Shown: one piece after another, positions 1 through 10,390 of the stretch | Numbering within the stretch: position 1 is the stretch's first letter | How the letters are laid out: every line of letters starts with the position of its first letter | From: Rhodospirillaceae bacterium | GTDB lineage: Bacteria > Pseudomonadota > Alphaproteobacteria > Rhodospirillales > UBA2165 | DNA: 64,000 nucleotides | Reading direction: 5' to 3' | Assembly (NCBI GenBank): GCA_002723345.1 | Contig: PBNV01000031.1 | Location: 115,953-179,952, forward strand | The notes under the pieces: generated by a model | Seen by the model: only the letters and a program-made list of their open reading frames with translations | What the model was told of the DNA's origin: nothing | The model's database searches: none | Program-made: the position numbers and the translations under genes

Positions 1-606
1 AACACCGGAATTAATGTGAACAACGGTGCCGCCAGCGAAATCGAGCACTCCAGCATTACCCAGGAAACCGCCTCCCCACACCCAGTATGTTATCGGCGAA
101 TATACGACGATGGACCAAAGGCCGATGAACCATAAGAGAGCCGAGAATTTCATGCGTTCGGCCACAGCCCCCGTGATGAGGGCCGCTGTAATAATGGCGA
201 AGGTTGCTTGGAATATGACGAAAACCGTGTCTGGGATGGTGCCATTAATGGCGTCGACCGTCAGGTGAGAGAGAAAGGCCAGGTCCATATTGCCGACCCA
301 GGCACTCCCGCCGTTGGAGAAAGCGAGACTGTAGCCGATCACCATCCAAATGATGGTCACTAGACAAGTGATGGCAAAGCTCTGCATCAGCGTTGCGAGG
401 ACATTACGTTTGCGCACCATGCCAGCATAGAACAGTGCCACGCCCGGAATAGTCATCATGAGGACAATCACTGTTGAGGTGAGCATCCAAGCTGTGTCAC
501 CCGTGTCTAAAGTGGGCTTTGTATCCTCCGCCAAAGAGGGATCTATCCACAATACACTTGTCAATGCCGCCCCCGCGAGTAGTGAAAATATTCTTAAACC
601 AGTCAT
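1..606 (-). CDS. amtB: Ammonium transporter AmtB, N-terminal 202 codons; gene runs off the left edge of the window
   Basis: My translation of the minus strand from the ATG at 606 gives MTGLRIFSLLAGAALTS...DTGDTAWMLTSTVIVLMMTIPGVALFYAGMVRKRNV...VHINSGV. It has a signal-like N-terminus and typical Amt family motifs. It lies directly downstream of glnK. It is absent from the ORF track because no stop lies in the window. Confidence 0.85.
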   Translation of the reverse strand, partial: MTGLRIFSLLAGAALTSVLWIDPSLAEDTKPTLDTGDTAWMLTSTVIVLMMTIPGVALFYAGMVRKRNVLATLMQSFAITCLVTIIWMVIGYSLAFSNGGSAWVGNMDLAFLSHLTVDAINGTIPDTVFVIFQATFAIITAALITGAVAERMKFSALLWFIGLWSIVVYSPITYWVWGGGFLGNAGVLDFAGGTVVHINSGV

Positions 607-617
607 TAAGTATCCTC

Positions 618-956
618 CTAAAGTGCTTCGTCGCCGGCTTCGCCGGTCCGAATTCGAAGAGCCTGGGCTACATCCACGACAAAAATTTTTCCGTCACCAA
701 TACTGCCCGTTGCCGCCGCTGTCTGGATGGCAGTCACAGCTGCCTCAGTCTGATCATCGGCAACGACAACCTCGATTTTTGTTTTGGGGACAAAACTCAC
801 AGCATATTCTGCGCCCCGGTAGATTTCGGTGTGGCCTTTTTGTCTGCCAAAGCCGGACACCTCGCTGGATGTTAGACCTTGAATGCCGATTTCAATCAGA
901 GCTTCTCGGACAGCGTCCAGCCTGGTTGGTTTTACAATTGCCATTATCAACTTCAT
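618..956 (-). CDS. glnK: Nitrogen regulatory protein P-II (GlnK type), 112 aa
   Basis: The ORF 618..1013 contains MKLIMAIVKPTRLDAVREALIEIGIQGLTSSEVSGFGRQKGHTEIYRGAEY. This is the canonical P-II sequence including the T-loop. The internal ATG at 956 gives the standard 112-aa length. It is paired with amtB. Confidence 0.9.
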   Translation of the reverse strand: MKLIMAIVKPTRLDAVREALIEIGIQGLTSSEVSGFGRQKGHTEIYRGAEYAVSFVPKTKIEVVVADDQTEAAVTAIQTAAATGSIGDGKIFVVDVAQALRIRTGEAGDEAL

Positions 957-1034
957 TAAACGACCCCTTGTTATGCCTCTAGTTACGCTTTTCGTCGGAA
1001 AAACGAAGATCACTCTCCTCTCTTATCCCTTCCG

Positions 1035-1051
1035 TTTCAAATTCCATGCCA
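1035..1051 (-). promoter_or_regulatory. Weak sigma-54-like -24/-12 element upstream of glnK
   Basis: The minus strand reads TGGCATGGAATTTGAAA, compared with the consensus TGGCAC-N5-TTGCW. The GG is present but the -12 GC is GA, so one key mismatch. It lies about 80 nt upstream of the glnK ATG. TGCAC-containing half-sites (minus-strand ATGCACATTGCACA, about 1137..1150) lie about 95 nt further upstream. Confidence 0.25.
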
Positions 1052-1258
1052 CCATTAAATAATTTCGTAAAATCAACCGTCTCTTACTTTTTTGTCTTTA
1101 AATCAGGGGTTATTTTGTGATCGTAAAGAACAATAAGTGTGCAATGTGCATAATTGCCTATTATTTAATCTATCACAAGTGGCAGGTAGTGTCTGGTATT
1201 CTGGTGTGGGAGGCGCTATGTCAGAGGGTATAGACATCATCAGAGTTTATGGAATCAT

Positions 1259-2473
1259 ATGAATACTCATTGCACAGATACCCTGATCGTTGGGGGCGGT
1301 CCCGTAGGTGGTAGCCTGGCCTGCGCACTGGCTTCCGCTGGTATCTCATCTGTTGTCGTTGATCGCGTCCCCGCGGCAGAACTTCTGGCACCGAATTTTG
1401 ATGGTCGCGCCACAGCGGTTGCCCAGGGACCAAAAAAAATGCTTGAACAAATTGGCGTCTGGCAGGCCCTTGGCACTGAGGTAGCGCCCATCCGAGATAT
1501 TCGAGTAGCAGATGGTCGGTCAAACTTGTTCCTGCATTACGATCATGCGGACGTAAGAGAGGATGCTCTAGGCTACATGGTCGAAAACCAGCACCTCCGA
1601 CATGCAGTTTTGACGGCCGTTACGGATGCCCCCGCCATTATGTACCTTGCGCCTAACGAAATCGATGCATTAGAACACTCAGAAACGGCTGTTATCGCGA
1701 GGTTAAAAGGCGGAGATCACATCACCGCTCCTCTTATCATTGGTGCTGATGGCCGCAATTCCTTTGTGCGTGATCATGCCGGGCTGGAGTTGACCCAATG
1801 GCCCTATCATCAGTCAGGTATTGTATGCACCATTGCGCATGAAGAACCTCATCACAACATTGCCCATGAACATTTCTACCCGGCAGGGCCCTTTGCTATT
1901 CTCCCGCTGACAGGCAATCGATCTTCCATTGTCTGGACAGAGTCGGAAGTGGATGCTGCCGATATTATGGCCTTGCCAGATGATGATTTCATTTGGGAAC
2001 TGACGCAGCGCGCAGGTGACTTTATGGGCGCGTTGGAAGTTGTTGGGCCGCGCTGGAGCTACCCCCTCTCTCTCCAATACACTAAGACCAGCACGGCCCC
2101 AAGGCTGGCTTTGGCTGGAGATGCTGCCCATGGAGTCCATCCGATTGCGGGTCAGGGGCTAAATATGGGGTTGCGGGATGTTGCCGCGCTGGCCGAAGTA
2201 TTGGCCGATGCCCGCCGACTCGGGCTCGATATCGGATCAACACAAGTGCTTCGGAAATATGATCGATGGCGCCGTTTTGACAATACTATGATGCTGGCGG
2301 CGACGGATGTGCTTAACAGATTGTTTTCTAATGACATCGCGCCTATCCGGATGGCGCGCGACCTCGGGTTGGCCGCCGTTAACCGGATCGGTCCGCTCAA
2401 ACAATTCCTCATGCGGCAGGCTATGGGGCTAACGGGAACATTACCGAGGCTGTTAAAGGGTGAGTCTTTGTAG
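1259..2473 (+). CDS. UbiH/UbiF/VisC/COQ6-family FAD-dependent ubiquinone-biosynthesis hydroxylase
   Basis: 404 aa. N-terminal dinucleotide fold LIVGGGPVGGSLACALA, the motif LIIGADGRNSFVR, and the C-terminal GDAAHGVHPIAGQGLNMGLRD signature of this flavoprotein monooxygenase family. Confidence 0.8.
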   Translation: MNTHCTDTLIVGGGPVGGSLACALASAGISSVVVDRVPAAELLAPNFDGRATAVAQGPKKMLEQIGVWQALGTEVAPIRDIRVADGRSNLFLHYDHADVREDALGYMVENQHLRHAVLTAVTDAPAIMYLAPNEIDALEHSETAVIARLKGGDHITAPLIIGADGRNSFVRDHAGLELTQWPYHQSGIVCTIAHEEPHHNIAHEHFYPAGPFAILPLTGNRSSIVWTESEVDAADIMALPDDDFIWELTQRAGDFMGALEVVGPRWSYPLSLQYTKTSTAPRLALAGDAAHGVHPIAGQGLNMGLRDVAALAEVLADARRLGLDIGSTQVLRKYDRWRRFDNTMMLAATDVLNRLFSNDIAPIRMARDLGLAAVNRIGPLKQFLMRQAMGLTGTLPRLLKGESL

Positions 2474-2624
2474 ACCCCCGACTCGCGCTGCTCATAACCC
2501 TTGAACATGTTAACTCATCCACCCTTCGACATTAACATAACTTGTTACCCCGTCCCGTTTCGCTTTAGTTTAATGTAAGATTACGTTACTAGCGTTGCAG
2601 TTGTACCCTCGTCTGGGAGTTCCC

Positions 2625-3842
2625 ATGGTTATTAAAATGACGCCCGCGAATTATATCATCGTATTTTCGGCGGCCTTTGTGATCCTGCTCTCCATGGGCA
2701 CGCGGCACAGTTTTGGACTTTTCCAGACACCGGTTTCTGAAGCGTTCGGAATCGGCTTGACGGCATTTTCGTTTTCGTTGGCACTGCAAAACTTGCTTTG
2801 GGGGTTGTCGCAGCCGTTTATTGGCGCGCTCGCGGATAAATATGGCTCTGGGCGCGTTATTGCAATTGCTGGAGTGGCCCAGGTTCTGGGTCTAGTTATT
2901 CTCGCGAACGCGGACTCTGTCTTCGAGCTTCATTTGAGCACCGGTATAATCATTGGCATCGCCGGATCCGGCACCACTTGGGCGGTGCTCATGTCCGTTG
3001 TGGCGCGAAATGTCCCCGAAAACCGACGTACGTTTTTCTTTGGTTTGGTGGGTGCGATGGGCACCGGCGGCCAAATTTTGATTGCACCTTTAACCCAGAC
3101 TAACATTAATGCGTTTGGCTGGGTTGATGCGCTGCTCATCCTTGCCATCCTACTGGCCGTTGTTGTTCCGTTGAGTTACGTGCTGAAAGGCAAGACGGCA
3201 GATCACGGTGCCCAGACGGAAAAGGCAGAGAGCCTCCTTCAAACACTTGACCGAGCGCGGCAGCATTCGGGCTATCTGTATCTGACGGCTGGGTTTTGTG
3301 TCTGCGGTTTCCACGTCATGTTTATCGCCGCTCACCTGCCCAACTATCTCCTCACATTGGATATGCCTGAGTGGTTGCCGGGTACTGCCATTAGCCTGAT
3401 CGGTGTTACCAACCTGGCCGGGACGCTTATTTTTGGTTGGCTGGGGGATCGCTACTCAAAAAAATATCTTCTGAGCATGCTCTATTTTCTCCGCTCTTTG
3501 GTGATTGCGGCCTTCATATTTTTCCCCATTTCGCCCACATCTGTGTTGATATTTTCCGCATCGATAGGTTTTCTATGGCTCGCCACTGTTCCATTAACTA
3601 ACGCCTTAGTTGGCCAGTTGTTTGGCATTAAATATTTGGCGACGCTCGCCGGCATTGTGTTTGCAAGCCATCAACTTGGCTCCTTCACCTCGGTGTGGCT
3701 TGGAGGCTGGTTGTTCGACGAAACTGGTTCTTATGAGTTGGTTTGGCAGATCGCTATTGGATTGGGCTTGCTTGCAGCATTGTTACACCTGCCCATCAGC
3801 GAAAAAAAAACGGAGACCCCTAAGGCGCAACCGGCCGAATAA
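2625..3842 (+). CDS. MFS transporter (paralog of 12084..13271)
   Basis: Multi-TM protein with QNLLWGLSQPFIGALADKYGSGR. The start is moved to the ATG at 2625, which follows the GGGAG Shine-Dalgarno (track start 2595). It is clearly paralogous to the minus-strand MFS gene at 12.1-13.3 kb. Confidence 0.8.
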   Translation: MVIKMTPANYIIVFSAAFVILLSMGTRHSFGLFQTPVSEAFGIGLTAFSFSLALQNLLWGLSQPFIGALADKYGSGRVIAIAGVAQVLGLVILANADSVFELHLSTGIIIGIAGSGTTWAVLMSVVARNVPENRRTFFFGLVGAMGTGGQILIAPLTQTNINAFGWVDALLILAILLAVVVPLSYVLKGKTADHGAQTEKAESLLQTLDRARQHSGYLYLTAGFCVCGFHVMFIAAHLPNYLLTLDMPEWLPGTAISLIGVTNLAGTLIFGWLGDRYSKKYLLSMLYFLRSLVIAAFIFFPISPTSVLIFSASIGFLWLATVPLTNALVGQLFGIKYLATLAGIVFASHQLGSFTSVWLGGWLFDETGSYELVWQIAIGLGLLAALLHLPISEKKTETPKAQPAE

Positions 3843-4081
3843 AGGGTCAGGGGCAAGGTCCGTCTGACGGACCTACAGTGAAATTAGGCAAAGAGGATTG
3901 TTGTGCGAACGCCGGATTATATACAACACGAAAATCAGCTTAGGCCAGAGGCTTGGCTGCTTTTCCAATATGCTTCCTTTACGCCCGCTGGCACAAGAAT
4001 TCCGCGGCTACCGTTGCAATTGGCACCAAGGGTGGGGTAAGTAAAAGCAGCTTATGTGCTTGATGGAGAGAAGACATTCTC

Positions 4082-4678
4082 GTGCGGGGATTTTTTGGTA
4101 TTGGTGTGGAGTGCGTGAGCAAATCCATGAACGTGGGAAGTTTGTTCCGCTCAGCGCACGCTTTTGGCGCGGGCTTCGTCTTCACTGTTGACGCCCAATA
4201 TGATAGAGGCGAGGGCCGCAAGGCGGACACGTCAGGCACACCGGACCACGTGCCATTTTACAGCTTTCCTGATGTGGAAAGTCTTGTTTTGCCGGCCCGC
4301 TGCGAGTTAGTTGGCATTGAACTAGTTCCTGACAGCTGGGAGCTTCCCAGCTTCCGTCATCCGAACCAGGCAGCTTATGTCTTGGGACCAGAGCGGGGCA
4401 GCCTGTCTCCCGCGATTCAGGCACGTTGCGCATACATTGTTCAAATTCCGACGAAGTTCTGCGTCAATGTAGGCATTGCAGGCGCCATAGTCATGTATGA
4501 CCGAGTCATTAGTTTGGGTAAGTACCCGCGCCGGCCGGTTACGCCTGGGGGCCCTCTGGAATCCCTGCCCAAGCATGTATTTGGGGGTCCTTCACTACGG
4601 CGTAAAATGGATGCGTATCGGGCCGATAGTCCTTTGGCTGAGTTGGACGAATACCTGGAGACCGTGAGCGAATTATGA
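4082..4678 (+). CDS. SpoU/TrmH-family RNA 2'-O-methyltransferase
   Basis: 198 aa. N-terminus is FFGIGVECVSKSMNVGSLFRSAHAFGA and the C-terminal region is IPTKFCVNVGIAGAIVMYD, typical of SPOUT methyltransferases. GTG start. Confidence 0.7.
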   Translation: MRGFFGIGVECVSKSMNVGSLFRSAHAFGAGFVFTVDAQYDRGEGRKADTSGTPDHVPFYSFPDVESLVLPARCELVGIELVPDSWELPSFRHPNQAAYVLGPERGSLSPAIQARCAYIVQIPTKFCVNVGIAGAIVMYDRVISLGKYPRRPVTPGGPLESLPKHVFGGPSLRRKMDAYRADSPLAELDEYLETVSEL

Positions 4679-5181
4679 TCAAAAGCATTTTAATACCGAT
4701 AGCAGTTTCACTTGTTTTTATCGCTGATACTGCGGCGGCTCAGACTGTTATTAAAACTACCGGAGACTGGAGTGTGCTCAAGTACGGTAGCGGTGAATCC
4801 CGCAGTTGTTATATCGCGAGTGCCCCGCAAGAGGAGACCGGTAACTACAAGCGCCGGGGTGATACCTTCGTGATGGTAACCCACAGGCCGGGGGAGGGCA
4901 CCCGGGATGTTTTCGAACTCCGGGCTGGTTATTCCTACAAAAAGGGCTCTTCTGTTACGGTGGTTATCGACGGCCAAAAATTCGATCTTTTCACCCAGGG
5001 CAGTACGGCCTGGGCTAAGGATGAAAAAACTGATAGAGCCCTTGCCCGCGCCATGATTAGGGGCCGTAAAATGACGGTAACGGGCACGTCGAGTCGGGGC
5101 ACGAAGACAGTTGATGTCTACTCTCTCAGCGGCTTCACCGCCGCCTACAAGACTATCGGCCGCGACTGCGGCGTGAAGTAG
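4675..5181 (+). CDS. Invasion-associated locus B (IalB)-family periplasmic protein
   Basis: 168 aa with a signal peptide ([17 protein letters not shown]) and the motif GDWSVLKY...SCYIASAP. It sits immediately upstream of rlmN, a common alphaproteobacterial position. Its ATGA start/stop overlaps the previous gene. Confidence 0.65.
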   Translation: MIKSILIPIAVSLVFIADTAAAQTVIKTTGDWSVLKYGSGESRSCYIASAPQEETGNYKRRGDTFVMVTHRPGEGTRDVFELRAGYSYKKGSSVTVVIDGQKFDLFTQGSTAWAKDEKTDRALARAMIRGRKMTVTGTSSRGTKTVDVYSLSGFTAAYKTIGRDCGVK

Positions 5182-5188
5182 GGGCGGT

Positions 5189-6289
5189 GTGATCGAAAGC
5201 CAAAAACCCAATCTGATCGGATTGAGCAGAAATGAATTGGTGGCCGAAATGGTGCGCCTGGATGAGAAACCTTTCCGCGCTAAGCAATTGTGGCATTGGA
5301 TATATTTCCGGGGCGCTACCAGCTTTGCTGAAATGACCACCCTTTCCGGCACTCTTCAGGAAAAACTGGGGACGAACTTCGTCATCGAGCGACCGATTAC
5401 AGTTACCGAACAACTCTCAGCGGACGGCACCCGAAAATGGCTTTTGCGCACAAGGGATGGTAATGAAGTGGAGTCGGTCTATATCCCGGAGGAAGATCGC
5501 GGGGCGCTGTGCATTTCGAGTCAGGTTGGCTGCACACTCACTTGCTCTTTTTGCCACACCGGCACTCAACGTATGGTTCGGAATTTGACCGCCGCAGAGA
5601 TTGTTGGACAAATGATGGTAGCCCGCGACACTTACGCTGAGTGGCCATCCCCGGCGGACAGGCGGTTGCTCTCCAATGTTGTGATGATGGGCATGGGCGA
5701 GCCTTTGTATAATTTTGACGCTGTGGCCAAGGCGATCAGGATCATCATGGATCCCGAAGGATTAGCGCTCTCAAAGCGTCGCATCACCCTGTCCACATCG
5801 GGTCTCGTGCCTATGATCAAGCGCGTGGGGGATGAGTTAGGCGTAGGCCTTGCCATCTCCCTCCATGCGGTTCGGGATGACCTCCGCAACGAGTTGGTTC
5901 CAATAAATAAAAAGTACCCTATCGAGGAATTGCTGGCAGCCTGCCGTGCATATCCTGGTGCCAACAATGCCCGCCGAATTACTTTTGAATACGTCATGCT
6001 GGACGGCGTGAATGATTCGGAGGCCGACGCTTACGAACTAGCCAGACTTTTGCGAAACATTTACGCAAAGGTAAACCTCATTCCATTTAATAAATGGCCT
6101 GGGGCGAAATACGACTGCTCGCCTCCTCATAAAATCAAGAGATTTTCTGAAATTCTGAACAGGCATGAGCTTTCTGCGCCCATCCGCGTACCCCGCGGCC
6201 GGGATATCATGGCCGCATGTGGGCAGCTTAAAAGTGCGAGCGAACGCACGCGGGGGAAAGATCGCACGCTATTGGCGGTTGCACAGTGA
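5189..6289 (+). CDS. rlmN: 23S rRNA/tRNA adenine-C2 methyltransferase RlmN (radical SAM)
   Basis: 366 aa with the radical-SAM cluster motif [12 protein letters not shown], the sequence [10 protein letters not shown], and the C-terminal AACGQL with the catalytic Cys. Confidence 0.9.
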   Translation: MIESQKPNLIGLSRNELVAEMVRLDEKPFRAKQLWHWIYFRGATSFAEMTTLSGTLQEKLGTNFVIERPITVTEQLSADGTRKWLLRTRDGNEVESVYIPEEDRGALCISSQVGCTLTCSFCHTGTQRMVRNLTAAEIVGQMMVARDTYAEWPSPADRRLLSNVVMMGMGEPLYNFDAVAKAIRIIMDPEGLALSKRRITLSTSGLVPMIKRVGDELGVGLAISLHAVRDDLRNELVPINKKYPIEELLAACRAYPGANNARRITFEYVMLDGVNDSEADAYELARLLRNIYAKVNLIPFNKWPGAKYDCSPPHKIKRFSEILNRHELSAPIRVPRGRDIMAACGQLKSASERTRGKDRTLLAVAQ

Positions 6290-7080
6290 CCCCTCTCCCC
6301 GTACTTGGTACCGTCCTGGGCGCCTATGCTTTTGTCTGGCAGGAGCGCCGGCAATTCTGGCGGCTGACCCTGCCACCGTTAGTTATCCTCGCCATACTTA
6401 CTGCTTTGGTGCAATGGGGAACGGTCTCTTTCGACGTGACGTGGGACGGCGTTAGGTCTTTTTCCGTGCAACGGTCAGGCTGGGTCAGCGTATTGTCCTC
6501 TGTGCTGCTTATGCTCAATATATGGGTGTGGCTCGCCTACAGCGTTGCCTGGCACCGAAGTTATCTTATGCCTGCGGAAGGTTGCTCGACGGTCGATGCT
6601 TACCGACCTCATGGTCGTCAAATTCGTTTCCTTTGGACCGCGTGTAAAATTTTTCTGCTAATGATCCCAGGCCTTTTCGTCGTACCCATTCTTGTCGCGT
6701 TCGCGGCAACCGGTGTTGTGCTTATGCTTCTTGGCATTCTGGCTTGTGGCTATGTTTACGGCCGCTTATTGATCTGGTTGCCGGCGGTTGCTGTGGATGA
6801 TCGGTTGACATTTTGGGAGGCCTGGGCGGTTTCCGGAGGTAATGGTTTTCGCCTGTTAGGGGTCGTTTTGGGAGTTACCTTGCCGCTCATCGCCCTGAGC
6901 CTTCCGACCCTGGTCCTTGTCGGACCGCTGGGTGGCGTTGATGGCGCGACCAAGTCTCTCACTTTAGGGCTGGTTGGCAGCCTAATTATGGAATTTTTAT
7001 CGTTCATTGGCTTGGCTGCGAGTATTTCGGCCCTCTCAATTGCCTACGGTGCTATGCGCCCAGACCACGTGTCCAGCTGA
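6286..7080 (+). CDS. Hypothetical polytopic membrane protein
   Basis: 264 aa with several long hydrophobic segments. Its start overlaps the rlmN stop (GTGA). I recognise no family motif. Confidence 0.5.
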   Translation: MTPLPVLGTVLGAYAFVWQERRQFWRLTLPPLVILAILTALVQWGTVSFDVTWDGVRSFSVQRSGWVSVLSSVLLMLNIWVWLAYSVAWHRSYLMPAEGCSTVDAYRPHGRQIRFLWTACKIFLLMIPGLFVVPILVAFAATGVVLMLLGILACGYVYGRLLIWLPAVAVDDRLTFWEAWAVSGGNGFRLLGVVLGVTLPLIALSLPTLVLVGPLGGVDGATKSLTLGLVGSLIMEFLSFIGLAASISALSIAYGAMRPDHVSS

Positions 7081-7550
7081 CAAAAAACCGGTGTAATATG
7101 TCCAACTGGGGATTTTTACAAGCTGCCCGGTTGACATGGAGAGCAGCATTCCCCGACCTCGCCAAGTAGATCTGGATCCCGTATAGACGAACTACAGCCA
7201 TGCAAACATTGACGAAAGTATGGCTTTACGCGTGAGATCCAATGTGTTTCTGGTGTTACGGATTTGGCATCGCTAAGAAAAAAACCGGGGGATCAATGCA
7301 CCGCCCGCTCTGTCGCCACATTGGTGGCAGGTGGGCTCCACACATACTGGCCTGAGCCTCAGAATGCTATCCGAAAAAATTCCTCGACAAGTCACTGGTG
7401 CGTGACTGGAGAGCGTACTGGGTATCCCGGTACTGTGACCTGCGTTATCATTATCAGTATTTTGTCATGTGCCTTATCATTAATCGACATGCTACCCGTC
7501 TCCAGCAAACGCCCATCCACCGGCACCGAAAGAAAAATCAAATACAACTG

Positions 7551-8144
7551 CTAGCTTTTACGTCGTTCCCTCAGCGCCGCGCTCAGCGTGCCGTCGTCAA
7601 GATAGTCCAGCTCACCGCCGACCGGAATGCCATGGGCGAGCGCGGTTACGGTGACATTACATTCCGACAGCCGGTCGGTGATATAATGGGCAGTCGCTTT
7701 ACCGTCTACTGTGGCGCTGGTGGCGAGGATAACCTCGGAAATGGCGTCCCGACCGGCCCGGTTGAGCAGTCCGCCAATACTGAGATCTTCCGGGCCAATG
7801 CCGTCCAGCGGCGAGAGAACACCTCCTAAAATATGATACCGCCCCTTGAACACGGCTGTTCGTTCAAGTGCCCATAAATCGGCCACTTCCTCGACAACAC
7901 ATATAATGGATGAGTCCCGTCGGGCATCGGTGCAAATAACGCACGGGTCAACTGTATCCAAATTGCCACAAGCACTGCACTGTTTAACGCTCTGGGACGC
8001 GGACGCCATTGCTGTCGCGAGGGGCTTTAGAAGCTGTTCTCTGTTTTTGATTAGATGCAAAGCGGCCCGGCGCGCAGACCGAGGCCCGAGCCCCGGCAGC
8101 TTAGACATCAGTTGGATCAGTAGATCAATGTCACCCGTGGCCAT
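7551..8144 (-). CDS. recR: Recombination protein RecR
   Basis: 197 aa with the zinc finger [16 protein letters not shown], a Toprim region [12 protein letters not shown], and C-terminal [12 protein letters not shown]. Confidence 0.95.
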   Translation of the reverse strand: MATGDIDLLIQLMSKLPGLGPRSARRAALHLIKNREQLLKPLATAMASASQSVKQCSACGNLDTVDPCVICTDARRDSSIICVVEEVADLWALERTAVFKGRYHILGGVLSPLDGIGPEDLSIGGLLNRAGRDAISEVILATSATVDGKATAHYITDRLSECNVTVTALAHGIPVGGELDYLDDGTLSAALRERRKS

Positions 8145-8160
8145 CTCAGCCGTCTCTAAC

Positions 8161-8484
8161 TTAAAAGGGTAGCTTGAAACCCGGAGGCAGTTGCAGGCCG
8201 CCGGTGAGCTCGGACATTTTTTCCTGAACTTTGTTCTCTACCTTGGAGCGGGCGTCATTGGCGGCAGCAACTATCAGGTCCTCCAGCATCTCGGCACTAT
8301 CCGGCATCAAAAGACTTGGGTCGATTTTTAAGCGTCGGGCCTCATTCTTGCCGGTGAGGGTGTATTCCACCATCCCACCACCTGAAGAGCCGGTCACCTC
8401 TATATCGGAGAGCTTATCCTGCATTTCAGCCATTTTGCTTTGCATTTCTTGGGCCTGTTTCATCATCTGCCCCAGATTTTTCAT
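8161..8484 (-). CDS. ybaB: YbaB/EbfC-family nucleoid-associated protein
   Basis: 107 aa beginning [25 protein letters not shown] and ending LPPGFKLPF. It sits in the conserved dnaX-ybaB-recR order. Confidence 0.9.
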   Translation of the reverse strand: MKNLGQMMKQAQEMQSKMAEMQDKLSDIEVTGSSGGGMVEYTLTGKNEARRLKIDPSLLMPDSAEMLEDLIVAAANDARSKVENKVQEKMSELTGGLQLPPGFKLPF

Positions 8485-10262
8485 GTGTTTTCCTCTGCTC
8501 CTGTGCCTGGCATCACCTCCGAGATTTCTCCCATTGGCCCGTCACCATCGAGATTACGGATGGTTTCGATTTCTGCGTCCGGGAATGTTGCCATGACTGA
8601 TTTCACGAAGGGATGGGCTGCTACCTTTGCGCGGAGAGCCTCCTTGCGGTTGCCTTCTTGTTGGGCCAAGGTTTCGTCTCCACCGTCCTTGGCGAGTACC
8701 ACGGACCAGCGTGTGTCGGTGTGTTCGTTCAAGAATTTATAGAGCCGCTGGGGAATGTCCGACGCCGCACCTGTTACGAGTCGAAGCTCAATCTTCCCCG
8801 CCTCAAAATTCACCAGGTGCACATTGTTCACCAGATCGGCCCGAAGAATACGCTCATTTTCCCGGTCCAGGAGAGTAATAATTTGTTCAAAATTTTTAAT
8901 TTCGGGTTGTATCTGCTGCAGTTGTGACACGGCTTCAGCGCCGGATTGGGGTGCTGGTTGCGAAATAGCCGCCGCCATGGCCGCTTGACTTTTGGGTCTG
9001 ACCTCAGTACCTGGCGTCGCAGTCGGTCCACCAGAAGGTCCCTGTCCCGCGCCGCCGCTTTGCAGAGATTTCACGGCTTCCGCCGGCGATGGCAAGTCGC
9101 TCAAGTAGGCGAGCCGGACCAGTATCATTTCGGCAGCCTGAATCGGAGAAGGCGCAATTTGCACCTCTTGCAGGCCTTTCAGGAGCATTTGCCATGCGCG
9201 ACTGAGGCTGGCCATGGATAGCCTGCTGGCCAAGTCGTTGCCGCGCACGCGCTCGCTCTCGGGGTTGGCCAAATCATTAGCCACCGCGGGTGTCACCTTG
9301 ACCCGGGTGAGCCAATGCACCACTTCGAGCAGATCCCGCAGCACAATGACGGGATCAGCGCCGTTGGCATAATCCTCCCCAATCATGTCAAGCGCGCCTG
9401 AGGCATCCCCCTTCATAGTAAGGTCTAAGAGGTCGAAACTTCGCTCCCTGTCCGCAAGACCTAAGATCCCTCGGACATCCGTATCGGATATTTCAGCCCC
9501 CGCACCGGTAGCAATGGCTTGATCCAGGAGACTTTGGCCATCTCGGACGGAGCCGTCTGCGGCTCGGGCGATGAGGGCAATCGCTTCGCGCGTAAGTTTG
9601 GCGCCCTCCTTGTCCGCGATCATTCTGAAATGCGCGGAGAGGGTGGCCACCTCGACCCGCCGAAGATCAAACCGCTGGCAGCGCGACAGCACCGTTACCG
9701 GGATCTTACGGATTTCCGTCGTTGCAAAGATAAACTTCACATGTTCGGGCGGTTCCTCGAGGGTCCTCAACAGGGCGTTGAAAGCGTTCCGGGACAGCAT
9801 GTGCACTTCGTCAATAATGTAGACTTTGTAGCGTGCGGATACCGGTTTATAGCGTACTCCTTCTATCAGCTCGCGCACATCATCAACGCCTGTTCGGCTC
9901 GCAGCGTCCATCTCCAATACATCGACCAGACGGTCTTCTGCAATGGATGTGCAAAATTGACACTTGCCGCAGGGGTCGATTGTGGCGTCTCCATCGCCGC
10001 CGGGCCCGACACAGTTGAGGGCTTTAGCAATAATTCGGGCTGTTGTTGTTTTTCCAACACCCCGGACGCCAGTGAGAATAAACGCATGGGCAATGCGCCC
10101 CGTGTCAAATGCGTTGGTGAGGGTCCTAACCATGGCGTCCTGACCGATCAAATTGGAAAAATCTGTCGGCCGGTATTTTCGCGCGAGAACCTGATAGCCG
10201 GCGGCGGCAGCGGGGCTCTTCTCCGTCAAAGCTGAGTTCTGATCTAACGTATCTTCTGACAT
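8481..10262 (-). CDS. dnaX: DNA polymerase III subunit gamma/tau
   Basis: Motifs [12 protein letters not shown], the Walker [14 protein letters not shown], the zinc module CGKCQFC, and [10 protein letters not shown] place the start at the ATG at 10262 (MSEDTLDQ...) rather than the track start at 10307, because the extension would run into the SRP RNA gene. Confidence 0.9.
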   Translation of the reverse strand: MSEDTLDQNSALTEKSPAAAAGYQVLARKYRPTDFSNLIGQDAMVRTLTNAFDTGRIAHAFILTGVRGVGKTTTARIIAKALNCVGPGGDGDATIDPCGKCQFCTSIAEDRLVDVLEMDAASRTGVDDVRELIEGVRYKPVSARYKVYIIDEVHMLSRNAFNALLRTLEEPPEHVKFIFATTEIRKIPVTVLSRCQRFDLRRVEVATLSAHFRMIADKEGAKLTREAIALIARAADGSVRDGQSLLDQAIATGAGAEISDTDVRGILGLADRERSFDLLDLTMKGDASGALDMIGEDYANGADPVIVLRDLLEVVHWLTRVKVTPAVANDLANPESERVRGNDLASRLSMASLSRAWQMLLKGLQEVQIAPSPIQAAEMILVRLAYLSDLPSPAEAVKSLQSGGAGQGPSGGPTATPGTEVRPKSQAAMAAAISQPAPQSGAEAVSQLQQIQPEIKNFEQIITLLDRENERILRADLVNNVHLVNFEAGKIELRLVTGAASDIPQRLYKFLNEHTDTRWSVVLAKDGGDETLAQQEGNRKEALRAKVAAHPFVKSVMATFPDAEIETIRNLDGDGPMGEISEVMPGTGAEENT

Positions 10263-10293
10263 GCTGTCTCGGGCAGTTGATCTCGTGGCGAGT

Positions 10294-10390
10294 GGAAGAT
10301 CGGACACGCGACCCGGACAAAACTCGTTACGGCTGCTTCCTTCCGGACCTGACCGGGTTGGCGAGCGGTCCGTCCGCGGCCGATCTCCCG
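10294..10390 (-). ncRNA. ffs: Signal recognition particle RNA (small bacterial 4.5S type)
   Basis: The minus strand reads CGGGAGAUCGG...CCGGUCAGGUCCGGAAGGAAGCAGCCGUAACG...CCGAUCUUCC. It contains the universally conserved domain IV string GGUCAGGUCCGGAAGGAAGCAGCC, identical to E. coli 4.5S. Its termini GGGAGAUCGG and CCGAUCUUCC pair over 10 bp. The position upstream of dnaX is the conserved one. Confidence 0.85.

Noticed and set aside
1307-1318. ops-like 12-mer GGTGGTAGCCTG (one mismatch to GGCGGTAGnnTG).
   Set aside because: It lies inside the ubiH-family coding sequence with no polysaccharide context. I treat it as a chance hit, and it calibrates how weak the motif evidence is.
4708-5352. 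Long antisense shadow ORFs throughout the track. Examples: 4708..5352, 9519..10235, 16405..17115, 21463..21933, 23982..24437, 47055..47525, 50547..51002, 51881..52555 and 59006..59485.
   Set aside because: Each lies opposite a gene with strong family motifs and has a biased, Arg/Pro/Ser-rich or otherwise non-protein-like composition. These are typical of GC-rich antisense frames.
8481-10262. Programmed -1 frameshift site (A AAA AAG type) in dnaX, as in E. coli.
   Set aside because: I saw no AAAAAAG heptamer in the coding strand by eye, so I make no claim.
10263-10307. Longer dnaX start from the ORF track (MSDLPLATRSTARDS...).
   Set aside because: It overlaps the SRP RNA gene. The downstream ATG at 10262 gives a typical DnaX N-terminus.
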